Source of the DNA: Amphiscolops sp. MND2022
Lineage: Eukaryota
Assembly (NCBI GenBank): GCA_964187785.1
Contig: OZ076409.1
Coordinates: 38,318,001-38,382,000 of the forward strand
Length of the DNA stretch: 64,000 bases
Reading direction: 5' to 3'
This document shows positions 50,101 to 62,336 of this stretch, in pieces. The number at the start of each line of letters is the position of its first letter. Position 1 is the stretch's first letter. The notes under the pieces were generated by a model that worked only from the letters and a program-made list of their open reading frames with translations, made no database searches and was not told the DNA's origin. The position numbers and the translations under genes are program-made.

Positions 50101-51733
50101 AACGGGATCTATTAAGTATAATCAGGTGCTTTTACCAAAACACCTAGTCCCAGAACTACTTGAATCCTTACACGGCAAAGCCAAAAAACATCCAAAAGTT
50201 TCCGAGATGCTCATCGAAATTCGGCAAAAATATTATTATCCTGGCGTTGCAAAAATTGTTAAAAAATGTAATCAAGGATGCGAAATTTGTATAAAAGACA
50301 AAAGAATCCCAAACTCACCCATCACGCCTGAATTGCTCAACTTGCCCGAATGGGATTTAGGTCCAGAAGATGCAATGCAAATTGGTTTATTGCCTAACCG
50401 ACCCGCGAGTGGAGAATATGAGAACATAATAACTGCAATGGACGTGTTTTTAGGATACCTTTTTGCTTACCTGTTACAGACGCTTCGGCCACAAACTCGG
50501 CAAAGGTTACCATTGACATATTGACCAAGCACATACTTTTGCCCACTACTTTGATCACGGACAAAGGTACGGTCTTCACGTCCGAATTGGTGGCTGAAAT
50601 TGCCCAAATTTTGGGAATTCAAATAAAATGCGCAACTACAAAACTCCCACAAACAATTGGTAAACTCGAACGCACACACGCTAGCATTAAAACGAACCTA
50701 AAAATGGCCTCAGGGGACTATAAGCGACAGTGGCATAAATATTTGCCTTTTGCCGTATTAAATTATAATACGACCTACCACGCCACCCTGGGCTGTGAAC
50801 CATCCAGATTCTTTCATGGACGAATTCCATATAATGTATTAGATCACAAAATAGGCCTTAATCCAAACCCGAAGGTCTTTCCGACTACAGACTTTGCAGA
50901 TGAATTTCAAAGACGCACGCAAAAACTACTCGATTCCACAAAGAAAACATCATGCAACCCTATTTAAAATACAAAGAACTACGACCAAAAGGCCAAAGCG
51001 GCTCCTTTGAAGCAAAACGACTATTTCATTTTGCAACCTCTCGCTGATCATCAAGGATCAAAAATTCCATTTCGAGAATACCGATTGACCGGACCCTATA
51101 TTGTTGAGAAAGTCTTACCGAACGAAAATTGTATAGTCAGAAAATTGAATTCCAACAAAACGCAAATTCTACATCGTATTAGACTCCGTAAATACGAACC
51201 AAATACCGTCCTACAGGACATTAGACCGGAAGGCAGTTTGCAACCAGACGATGAAATTATTATTCTGCATGACGACCTGTACGTCATTACGTGGGAATCC
51301 AATTTTGGAGAATTTCCCAATTTCACTGAAGAAGTCACAATTCCTACGAATCGAGATGGCCTAGACACTTCTAATGATTTCGTCAATGATGCCAGCCCGC
51401 CAGACGAAATATTCACCGACGTGGACCTTAGGTCCACCGGGCCTCATGAAATTGACGCCAGCACGCCAGACGAAATTTTCATCGACCGACGTGGACCGCA
51501 GGTCCACCGAGCCTCACGAAAGTGATGATTTTGCTTCGCCTGAAAAAACCCGTTGACGATTGAGTGACAGGATTGACGATCAATAATCGTCAGGAGGGAG
51601 CGATACTATCGTGACCGAAGTATCAGACGATAAAAACGACGATATGATTGTAGAAAATGTAAGCCCTAGGGGAGGGAAATATAACCTTCGAACTAACCCC
51701 ACCCCCAACTTCACTGATGAATACAGATACTAA
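47150..51733 (+). pseudogene. Element B pol: protease, dUTPase-like segment, RT, RNase H and integrase (frameshifted)
   Basis: LVDTG; QYVDD; EFLAI..TDNKS; H..HP..CEIC, ITDKG and GKLERTH; ends KYNLRTNPTPNFTDEYRY*. Confidence 0.92.
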
Positions 51734-52056
51734 TCAGACATTTATATTACTGTCCCTAACTAACATACGTATTTTTATCGGACTCGACTGACTGATTATC
51801 ACCGACTGAACTAAAATGGAACTGATAAATAGGATCACATACAATGGATAAGAACGAAATATATAAAATTACAGTTTACAACACAATTGTACATATAGTA
51901 CAATTAAGATTTACTACTACTAGCATTCAGACGTTCGGCAGGCTTAGTCAACTCCTCACTGGACAACAGGTCACTATGACGCCTGCCTGGTTTCGGCACA
52001 ATGAATTAAGGAGGACCCTTGGTACTTTTAACCACACTCGAAGTTGAAGGAGCATC

Positions 52057-55000
52057 TTATTTACTAGAGGGAGTTGGTCCAATCACACCTTTTATCTGAG
52101 CGCGCCCAAAGTGATGAAGACTTTCCCAGGGACTATAGGTGTCCTTCAAACCAGTGGTCCCGAAGGTAGGCTCGAGCGCAAGAAACCTCCGGACTGAATC
52201 TTTTGAGGTGAAAATATCATTACTACGAGAGGATCCACCAACGTAGGACTGAATGGGCGTCACGAAGTCATTTACAGGACTCTTCAAATCATCGGTATGG
52301 ACTGACCCATACTTGACGGGAGGAAAAGACTGTCGGGACAAACACATCCAAACACAAACAGCTGAGGCGGAAAATGGAGATGAGATGCAAGCCGGACTTG
52401 AAGGCTGACTGTCCACACAAAGTCGATGACATCAGGAATTAGTAACTTTGGTTGGAGGTTGCCTGGATGGTCCCGGCGGAGTTCGTCTAAGAATGAGAAG
52501 TATTCTTCGGAATATACGGGCTCCTCATCGGCCGTTAACAACCCTCGAAGGCGAAAACTGCTGAATAGTAAGCAGCCTGCTCAATCAGATCAGTCAGCAT
52601 AACATCTAGATCAAACGCCCCAAGTCTTCTTACAATGTCTGTCGTGAAACGTCGCATTCCTTGCACTCCTTTGAAAAGAAAGATTACATAACTGCGCCGG
52701 ATCGTTCGAACTCTTCCTTAGTCTTTCCAATGACTGCTTCGAGGCTGAGACCCTCGTGCTTTTTCTCACTCAGTTCCTTCTCTGCTCTCAACTTGCATGT
52801 CGGGGACAACTTGTCGCTCAACTTAGATCGGGTCAGGAATTCGTCTATAGGCATGGCTTTAGCGTCTGTGAGGGAGTTATTGTAGATGCCAATCAGATCA
52901 GTTTCGACGGGAAGGCTACTGGCCCGGACACACCGTCTGGCAAGCTTGAACAGGTATTGGCTCATCTCCCGATACAAATGAAATCCTCTATCATGTCGCC
53001 GTTTGAGAGTGACGAGGAAATGTCCAGTATCTGTCAACAATTACGCAATACTTAAACGCTGACCATCACCTTAGAAAACGAAATGCAGAATTCTACTAAC
53101 AAGCACGCACGAGACGCTGGAATAGTTCCAATCGATTGAGGAAAAGATCATCATACACGATGGACCACTGGAGATTCTGCGGCTGAAACACGAACAATTA
53201 GAAGCTCCGCAGGGGACCTTAGGTCGACGCGGCTAGAGAATACTAACTTGCTTGCGGACTCCTTGGTGTTCCTGATATGGAGCGTGTGTAGCTAGGAAGT
53301 CAGTCACTTTGGTCCAATTGCGAATTAAGTCTTGACAGAGTGTTGTAAACCATTGATGTCCAACTGACAAGTTCTGATGGCCTGGAAGAAAACATCAAGT
53401 TCAAACTAGAGACCAGTTACCTTAAACTCGACAACACCCAAGAGATCTTACCTAACCTTGGTAAATTCGGGGGAAAACAGAATCCATTCCATATCAAGAC
53501 TGCCGCCTAACGACAGGACAAGGTACTGTAGCACAGAAAAGAACTCGATCCTTCCAAATATGCTGTAGTTCTTCCAGTGCATTAGGGTCTTCAGGTCCAG
53601 CTCCTCAATTCTGGGTGGGCTTTGGAGACCATATTTCGTATACGGGCATTGGTTGAGCAGCTGAATTGTCCGAAGGTAGTTCCAGTGCAGTTGATCATGT
53701 TAGGAGAAGTGGAAATAGCACCCATCACGAACGAGACCACTGATTTTGGCCTGAGTGAGGCCGAAGAGACGTCGAGTCCGTTTTATGAACACTCGATGTA
53801 ATTGAGCCTCCCGCCAAAAACGGGTCTAAACGAGGACAAACACTCCATCGTGGGCAAACTCCAATGCGTACTCTGAACTGGTCGCGACGTGAGTAGCAAT
53901 ATCATTCATCATCTCCATGAACAAGTGATGAAAGATCATTTAAACACAACATAATAAGATCTCATTTTGCTGTGGCCAGTGGGACGCAGAGTCTACGATG
54001 GTATCTTTGAGGTACAAAATGGCCTAAAATAATACTCACTGAAAGTCTTTCTTTCGTCCAATCAAAGTCCATAAACAGAGACTGGTGGTTGACAACCACA
54101 CCCACGTCCGTCCAAAAGTTCCTCAGGACATCCAGATCACCATGTTGGGGAAGAAATCTACAGACTACAGAGATTTGGATGCGGGCCCTATTGTCTGACG
54201 ATGAGGACATGTAATCCGCTCCGGCCATGAACTCATCATAGAAGGGGAGTTTCGCTCCTATGTCGACTAGCTGCGCGTCCTTGAACTTCGGGTATTCTAT
54301 CTCTAGTTGAAATGGGGTACGAATTTTCCCATCCTTGCCGCGGACTTGATGCGTTTACCAGTGTGACAGGGTCAGTTTTGACGAGGTGCTCGTACCGCCA
54401 CTCCTGATCTTTTCGCAAGTGTTGCTCTGTGGGATGGTGACGGAGAATCTCTCGGGCCCCTTTGCCATAAATCGAGATGTTGGCCTTATAAATTTGGCAT
54501 TAAAATTTGTAAGGATTACATCTGGAAAAACAATGTTTTGGTCTACTCCATGCGCTTAAAGTAGGCTTCTTTCATGATTTTGCATGAGGGGGTAATTTTT
54601 CTCTGAGATCCAGATGTCTTTGTTTTGGGCACGTAACGTCCTTGTTGGCTGCGAGGTTGCCGAGCACGATCTTTGATGGCCTCTAACTTCAGAGAAGCAA
54701 GGGTCTGTGAGTCAGGTCTGTCAGCCTGTAATTCTCCTGTGGACCGAAGGTACGATGGGCCACATCCAGTAAAAGGTCCAGCAAGAGGGGGACTAGCGAT
54801 AAATTTAGGTTCAGAGTGTTCAAACTAATACCCGATACTGGCGAAATCGTCATCGCTCCGAATAGCGCCACTTGTATCGCTATAACCACCAGATTTGTAG
54901 CCTGCGCCACTTGTGCCTTTTGATGATCCATTGGAAGATTTTGTGGATGAAGTCCTTTTGGGAGCCTTTTTGGAAGAGGGCTTGGGGTCAAGACGTAATA

Positions 55001-56176
55001 CACTGGCACGTTGTATCAGATTTTCCAGGATATCATACGAGGTACGAGCAGTCTCATCAGCTACAATTCGCAGTACACTGCTAATTTGGTCTTGCGAAAA
55101 GGATGTCCTTGTATTAACTTGACAGTTTCATTGGGCGAAATATTCCTTTATCAAGGCTCGGCTGCTGACTCTCAAAGGCGGAATTACTGAGATGTCTTTT
55201 GGTCTGGTAACGGCAACTGAACTGGAGTCGTCACTGAATGCAGTCCTCGGTACTCCACCTCTGGTATTGAGGGCCTGTGCCAGGGTCGAACCAACAAAAT
55301 CTGAAGACTCGACGCCAGTTCTCACTTCGGTGTCAGTTCATGCTTCTCCGTCTGACGTTGTGCAAGATAAAGCAGGCTGATGACTAGTGGTAGCGTGACC
55401 TTCTTGTGCAGGCAATTCAGCAGATTGGACTGTAGGGGTGAGAGAGGAAGAACGTTGACAATAAATGTTAAATGAGGAATCAGCATTGACAGAAGGATGA
55501 GTCATTTTGCTCCTCTTCGTAGGGTTCTCGCAGTCAGGAGACCTGCTGCCGTCAGACGAGGCTATGGGATCATCAAGAAAAGTGACCTTTGGAACATCGA
55601 GCGCAAGTGCAGGCTTAGAACTGAACAAGTTGGACCGTGGAGTGACTTCAATCTGCCTTTGATTTTCAACCGTGACACCAAGAGGCTGTGAGCTAGCCTG
55701 GCCCTCCATGTCTTGCAATTTCCGTACTAAGTAAGCTTCACAACTTTCGCGAGATCCACTACTATCCGAAGTTAGGAGCCTTGAGGTGGTGGCGGGATCA
55801 ATTGGAGTCTGAGGCTCAGTAGACTCAGCGTCCATTGGTTCACTCTGCTGATTAGTACTGTCACCATTGGCAGGATTAGTGCTGTACACGTTCAGGGACG
55901 AAGAAGGGACGGGAGTTGCAATTAAGTTATTTGAATCTTGGACTGGTTGGCCAGTTTTCTCTGTGTCTATACGAAAAGAGATAAAAGTACGTGGTTCACT
56001 TCCTGAAAATGAATCCATCTTACCGCAATTTTGAAAACGTTCCGGAAGTAAGTTTGAACTAATGTTTCATGATGAAAACATTTCACGATGGAGGAAGAAC
56101 TTTATGTCAGACTAAGCATTGATCAAATTTAATTTGTGCAAAATTTCAAAAAGAACCAACCTGATGTTATCTCCAT
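52057..56176 (-). pseudogene. Spliced antisense accessory gene of element B: S/T/P-rich N-terminus, C2H2-type zinc finger and a putative inactive hAT-transposase-like body
   Basis: Chain of collinear minus-strand ORFs broken by single stops or frameshifts; introns 56160-56003 (GT-AG, phase 1), 54039-53940 (gtgagt donor, mutated acceptor) and about 53455-53382. Confidence 0.65.
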
Positions 56177-57185
56177 GATTCAGAGGCAAAATTGATAGCC
56201 CAAGAGTCTCAGTAGAAAGACAATCGCCAAGTCTGCTTCGTTAGCCCTGTTCCTTCACTTGGCCTTGATGTCGGAGTTGCTGGTCGTACTGGTGATCCAA
56301 CGCGGAAGTTAATGGCTTCAGAGGAAGGGTCAAGTGTCGAGTGAATTGAAAAGGAATTCAAGAGGAAGTAATGTAGTAAACTGATTGAATTACCAGTGTT
56401 TGGAGTCGTTCTTAGAACAACGTTGGGGAATACTAGTAGTTAGACACAAAACATGTATACTTAAACAATGTTTACTACCAACTAAAAGATACTAGCTAAT
56501 TACCAACTGAGACTAAAAGACCGAATGGACTGTTACTGAGACGCCTAATTACCTGCAGAAAAGGAAGTCGTGGCCTACCTATTAATCTTCTACAACAGCC
56601 ATTGTTGCCTTTTATCATATTACTCATGACCGAAACCATTCAAATATTATTTTCATGAACAAAACCTGCCAGCGAGATTCATGAATTTTCTTTCGTTTTG
56701 CATCCAAATTAACTAATGAATAAGACTATCTTATAATCTCAGTTTTCATTCATGATTACCTAACTTTATTCATTCGACTAGTCAAGCATTCGCATTGGCT
56801 AGTTTCTTGGCTGAGGCTGAGCGGACCGATGGTCTTTGATGGAGAATATTTACCATCAGTTAGTGTTAATAAACACTAAATGTGATGAACACCTCTTCTC
56901 TAGCTGGTGAGTAAACCACTTGAGAAACACTCGAGAGCCAAAAACGAAAAGCGCCGGCTTGCCTACAGTTTTGAAGAAAGTAGAAACTTTCATAAATGGA
57001 AGAAAGAAGGAAATGTTTGCAAGGAATTGTAACAAACCCCTTCCCGCGGAAATCTTCCCGCAAGCCAAGTAAAGAAATAAGGTTGGTGATGCGCAAAAGT
57101 CATTTTCACAAACTTTGATTTGAGAGACAGTTACTTCTGGTCACAGTTGAAAATTGCTGAGAAACTTCTTCTCAACCGATACAAA

Positions 57186-58006
57186 ATGGAAATGAAATTG
57201 CAGTTCTCTATAGATGAACTGAGTGCTTCACCAGTTAGTCCTAGTTACTTCTCTTCTGTGGAAGAAATGGAAGTGGACGCACAGTCAGTGGAAGCTGCAG
57301 TCCGCTCGTCGGACGACAGTGATATAGAAGTCATCGCACGTTACCGGCAATTGCCAATCCAGCCACAGTCACCAGTTGCCGGGAGACAAATGACTACTGA
57401 CTTGCCAGTCTGCGCGGACAGCGGGTCCCCACACTTTCCTTGAGACGACTTTGAAAGCATACTACAGTCTACTGAAGAACAACCAGATCCGTTGGACAGG
57501 GGAGCCGCCCCTAGTGAGGGTACATGGACCGGAAAACCACTGATCAGGCATTGTGGGCAATTGCAGCCACAAATCGATACTCCATTGTCACCACCTGTAC
57601 ACCTGTACACGAGAGAGGCCCAAGCTATAGTCCAAATGTCACAGACCAACAACTGAATCAACCAATCCCTCTAAGTTCACACATTCAAGGGATCAGTGTT
57701 AGAATGGTTTCGCATTGTGGACAACCCAACACGGCTCAATATGGTGATTGCAATATTTGTGGACGCAATTACGAACAAAACAAGGTCACAGCTGTACTCA
57801 TTTACGTGGAGGTGACAACATACCGCGATTAAACCTATGGAGAACGATTAAGACGACTAGATGCTTACCTTGCCGGTATGAAGTGTGGAACAGTGCTCTT
57901 CGTCCCTAGGGGAGTGTCGCAGGCTGCCGCCTGTGACGGCAATTATTACCAGATTTTGTTGGAGGGAGACAATACAAACCCTCCTCCAGAAACACTGCCT
58001 ATTTGA
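57186..58006 (+). pseudogene. Sense accessory ORF of element B running through the PPT into the 3' LTR; function unknown
   Basis: MEMKLQFS... acidic/Ser-rich, then GDCNICGR...RRLDAYLAGMKCGTVLFVPRGVSQAAACDGNYYQIL..ETLPI*; two stops and one frameshift in this copy. Confidence 0.55.
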
Positions 58007-59502
58007 ACCGCCAAGACACTCAATCCGCAGCCTCAACAAACTTTAATTTCGTGAATATGGAAACTGTTGTATTATAATATGTATTTTGTGTCTACTAGAA
58101 AGTTGCTATTATGTTGCTATTCGTAATATAATAATTGCTGTTGAAGAAAATTAGAGAATCAATGCGCAAAAAACAAAAGTGCTGTAATTTCAATATAGGA
58201 AACGAGTTCAAATGAATTCGTTCTCTAGCTACTTGTACTCGCTGTCTTAACTTAATTAACCAATCACAGCGCTGGTAATATATCAATTGTGATGAGGCCG
58301 TGTGGAATTACAGTCCACTACGGTTGAACTATCTAATGATTAGTACTGGTGTATAATTCAAGTACGTTACTGTGGCCGGACGGACTGGTGGTCCGTCACG
58401 GTAAATCTACTAGATTAGTGCGAATTTTCTTACCATGTATTTTTGCTTTGAAAACGAATGTAAATCTTTTATGAATTCAAGTTGGATATTATCACACATG
58501 AAACTATTACGCTAGGCTAACGCCGCCACCCCTTTAGTATTGCTTTCATGCTATATTTAGTATTATGCATAATGACATCATGGTGATGCCACCAACCTAA
58601 ACTAACCCAGATGCTGTTAATAGTAACGCGACTGGCTAAATTATGATTGTCATGCAATGGGAAGTATATATAGTAGAGACCGGTGAGACAGAAAGATTCT
58701 TCGTACCTCCACAATACAACTCACAACCTACTTTTTGCAATGAATTCGAAACACAATTGAATTTGTTTTCTGTACCAATTGTATCCACATTATTATCGCC
58801 CAAGTATTTCACTGATACAATTAGTTAATTCACTGTTGTCGTTTCAAACCTTTCCCCAAATGCCCTCAACTAGGAAGCAGAAGGCAAAAGAGAGACGGTC
58901 TAGACAGCTAGACATGATGTCTGATGTGGAAAATGTTGATATAATGATAGGGAATTACTCTAGAGATGAAGATAGAAATGAACAGAGTGAAAGTGAACTA
59001 AACTTGGACTAAGGGTCTAATAGGCCTCAGCAAAATTCCAATTTAACTAGCGAAGACTTTAGATCACTGCTTAATACTAACAGTAGAGAAAACAGTGAAA
59101 TGACCGTTGAAACAAACAGGATGATCAGTGAGGAAATCACAAATCAGATGTCGAGGAAATTGAATGAAATCAGAGAAAGTTTGAAATTTCAAATACAGGA
59201 CGTGATGACAAGTGCAACTACAGATAAAGTGCTACCATCCATCCATAACACGTTAAGTAGGCAGGGGAGAGTCAATTACACCGTGGTAGACCGAGGGTCT
59301 TGCGGGCCACACGAAGGCCCAACTGTAGCTAATTACACTACGGTGGACCAAAGGTCCAGTGGGCTACATCGGAACCTTGAAGTTGAAAACGGCCTAAAAA
59401 CGAGTGAAAAGCGTAACAAAACGTGGTTTTCACAGGAAAACGATGGACAAACGTCTCGCCAGAGTTCAGTAGACTCAATTGTAAGCGAACAAAATCGCGA
59501 CA
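57915..59502 (+). repeat. 3' LTR of element B
   Basis: Follows the PPT; tgtcgcagg...atcgcgaca, then TSD ctcac. Confidence 0.92.
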
Positions 59503-60761
59503 CTCACAGTTGAGAACAGGCTGCTATACAACGGAACTAGACCTTACATTCCAACAAGAATGCAGAACATCATAATTGAACGAACCCATGACACGCAACC
59601 TGGTATCCAAGCGACAAAAAACATGGTGAACATAAGGTCCTGGTGGCCTGGGGTCGGAAAAGATGTTGCAAAATTTCTAAGTGGCTGCTCTGAGTGTGAA
59701 AAAAGCCGAACAGGAACTCAGAAATCGATCGATACTTGGCCGGATGCACAACCATGGGAGAGACTACACGTGGATTGGGCTTATATCCAAGAGGTAGGCA
59801 ACATTTTTATTATTGTTGACGCTGGTTTTGGTTGGATAGAAGCGTTCTTATGCGGCGATCGACCCATGGAAAAAATCATACATTGTCAGTCCGCCATTTT
59901 CGGGAGATTTGGGGTCCCGCACACTTTAGATTCCGACAATGCAAAAGAATTTATCAAGTTGTCACGTGGTTACAGAATTAGAGAGTCTAATCTACAATCA
60001 AGGAGTAATGGACTTGCCGAACTGGCTGTGCAGACTGTAAAGAAAGCAATGAGGGAATGGAACTCGTCCCTTCGTGTCAGTTTCAATGCATTTCTGCAGC
60101 GAGTCCTGTTCACACATCGTAACACTCCTTCCGTGAGAGGGAAGACTCCCTTAGAAGTTCTGCTTGGAAGGAAAATGCGACTCCCTGCGCTCATCAATTT
60201 TCCCATCGGAGAGCGTGTAGTTTTTGGTGCTGGACTTCATTCTGCGTCTTTTCCTGCGAGGTATGTTGTTCGGAAGGGCAATAATACAGCGTGGCTCACT
60301 AAGAAAGATTCAGACGGGTCCGACAGAACAATTCTAGTGAGTACCAGCCAATCTGCTCCCTTTGCCTGTCCAACTATCGTTGCCCCTGATCTAGTGATGG
60401 CTAGATCAACTACGGATGGTACTACGACCACGGAAGTGGCGGAACAAACTTCGACATGCGTTTTTAGTAGAGACTCGTCTTTGGTTGTAAAGTCTTCTGC
60501 TACTCCCGAGGTCCCGATTAGGAGGTCTGCACGAGTCAGGAAACCGAACCCAAGATTCAACGACTTCATTGGCAAGTAGCCTTGAGAACTCTTGGAAGGG
60601 GGATGATGTGTATACTGATTTATGCATTTATTATATATTGCTGTATTCGACATATGTTTAATTTTAGATGTCGATGCCCTTTTGATATGTGCTTTGATGT
60701 CTGCCGTCTTGTGAATACTAGCTTTTATAGAAGAGCATTTTGATCTGCGAGAAACACGACA

Positions 60762-62336
60762 GAAACTGATCATCGTCCTCTGCAATTCATCTTTGCCCAA
60801 ACAAGGAACTCCCAAAAACCGTATCAGCAAGGATCACAAGGTGGGCCATTTCGTTTTTGGCCATTGACTTTGAGAATAAATAGGAAGAAGGTTCTTCCGT
60901 TCCTCATGTCGACGCCATGAGCACACTGATTTTTGATCAAGATGACGACGAGTGTAAATTAGCTGATTACACAAGTCTCAATCTTGATATCTGTGTTTAC
61001 TTTCCGGAGCATAAACCCCTTTCACTCGAAGAGTTGTGGAGTGAATATAAACGCGATGAATGTACAAAGCGAGTTATTATGCGTGTAATCGATTCCGATT
61101 GGAAAGCATGTACGCAAGCGGAGTAGGTTCTCATAACGTATTTGGTTTCATCACAAACGAGAATGGGCAGCTACTCAACAAAACTAGACCTTTTTGCATC
61201 TAAGAATGTGGAACATCGAAATTAAACGATTTCAGACAATTAGGAAAATGATGAATTTAATGTTTTGATGGCGTGGGGCCAGAAAATAGGCTGAAAAAGT
61301 CAAAAGAGTCTGCTCTCAATGTGCAGAAATCCGACCACGAACTTAGAAAGTGGCTGATAAATGGCCGTATGCACAGCTATGGAAGAGACTACATATGAAT
61401 TGGGCTGACATTGATGAAGTAGGCAACATTTTTATTTTTGTTAGTGCAGGTTCTGATTGGCTGAGTCGTTCAGATTGCCCATAGAAAACGTCATACAAAC
61501 GGTCGCAATGTTTGGGAGACTTGGGGTAGCACACAATTTTTTTCCGAAAACTGCATGGAACTTTAGAGTAAGAAAGCTGTCACGTGGTTACAGGCTCAAG
61601 GATGCACAAAATTGGAAACACCAATCAATAATCCAAGCAGTAATGGTTTTGACGAACGGACTGTGCAATGGAAAGAAAGCAGTGAGGGCGTGGAACTCGT
61701 CACTTCGTGTCAAAGTTTATGCACTTCTGCGATAAGCCCTGTTCACACACCGTAATACTTCTTCCGTTAGAGGGAAGACTCTCTCGGAAGTTCTGCTTGG
61801 AAGGCAAAATCGACTCCTTGCTGTCATCAATTTTCCCATCGGACCTGACACCTCGTCTTTTCCTGCCATTAATATCGTTCGAAAGGGCAATACTACAGTA
61901 CGGCTCTCTTAGGACAATTCAGACGGGAACGAGAGACTCATTATAACAAACACTAGCCAAACTGCTCCTTTACACAGTCCAACTATCGTTGTCCCTGATA
62001 TAGTGCCAGCTAGATCGACTACATATGTTGCTACCACCACAGGAGTGGCGAACAGATTTAGACTTGCGTTTCTGGCAGAAACACATCTCTGGCCATAAAG
62101 TCTTCCACTACTCCCGAGATTCTGATTAGGAGTACAGCACGTGTCAGGAAACCGAACTCGAGTTCAACTATTACATCTGCAAGTAGCCATTATAACTCTT
62201 GAAGAGGGATGATCAGTACCTTGATTAATGTCTTAGTATTTTGTTTGATTTTAGATGAAGTTTTGATGTCCCTGTAGTATGCACCTTTATTGAATAGCTT
62301 CTATTGAACAGTGTTTCGATCGCCGGAATTACGATA
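60762..62336 (+). mobile_element. 3' part of old gypsy A' (RNase H end, integrase, PPT and 3' LTR 62210-62336)
   Basis: Starts ETDHRPL; collinear with the pol of element A; PPT gaagaggga; its LTR shares tgtccct.tagtatgc.cctt and ttgaacagtgttt with the LTR at 26209. Confidence 0.75.

Larger units (their letters stand above)
41299..59502 (+). mobile_element. Giant Ty3/gypsy element B (18.2 kb) with long LTRs and accessory ORFs
   Basis: TG..CA LTRs at 41299-42696 and 57915-59502; 5 bp TSD ctcac; PBS tggtaacagga; PPT ctaggggag. Removing it restores GFLTVENRLLYNG in the pol of element A. Confidence 0.95.
37746..60761 (+). mobile_element. Ty3/gypsy element A (short LTRs, probably Mag-like), split by element B; segments 37746-41298 and 59503-60761
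   Basis: Truncated 5' LTR 37746-37789 plus PBS-like tggtgtcc; gag from 38588; protease DTGSSV about 39600; RT; RNase H TDASG/EREALA/TDHRPL; integrase HVDWA/SDNA/SNGLAE at 59560-60579; PPT ggaagggggga; 3' LTR 60604-60761 (TG..CA). Confidence 0.9.

Noticed and set aside
51800..57900. env gene in element B
   Set aside because: No long sense ORF with a signal peptide, furin site or TM anchor; the coding signal is mostly antisense
58041..58231. Segment unique to the 3' LTR interpreted as a spliced-out intron
   Set aside because: GT-AG appears only on the minus strand and the junction differs by one base; a simple indel explains it better
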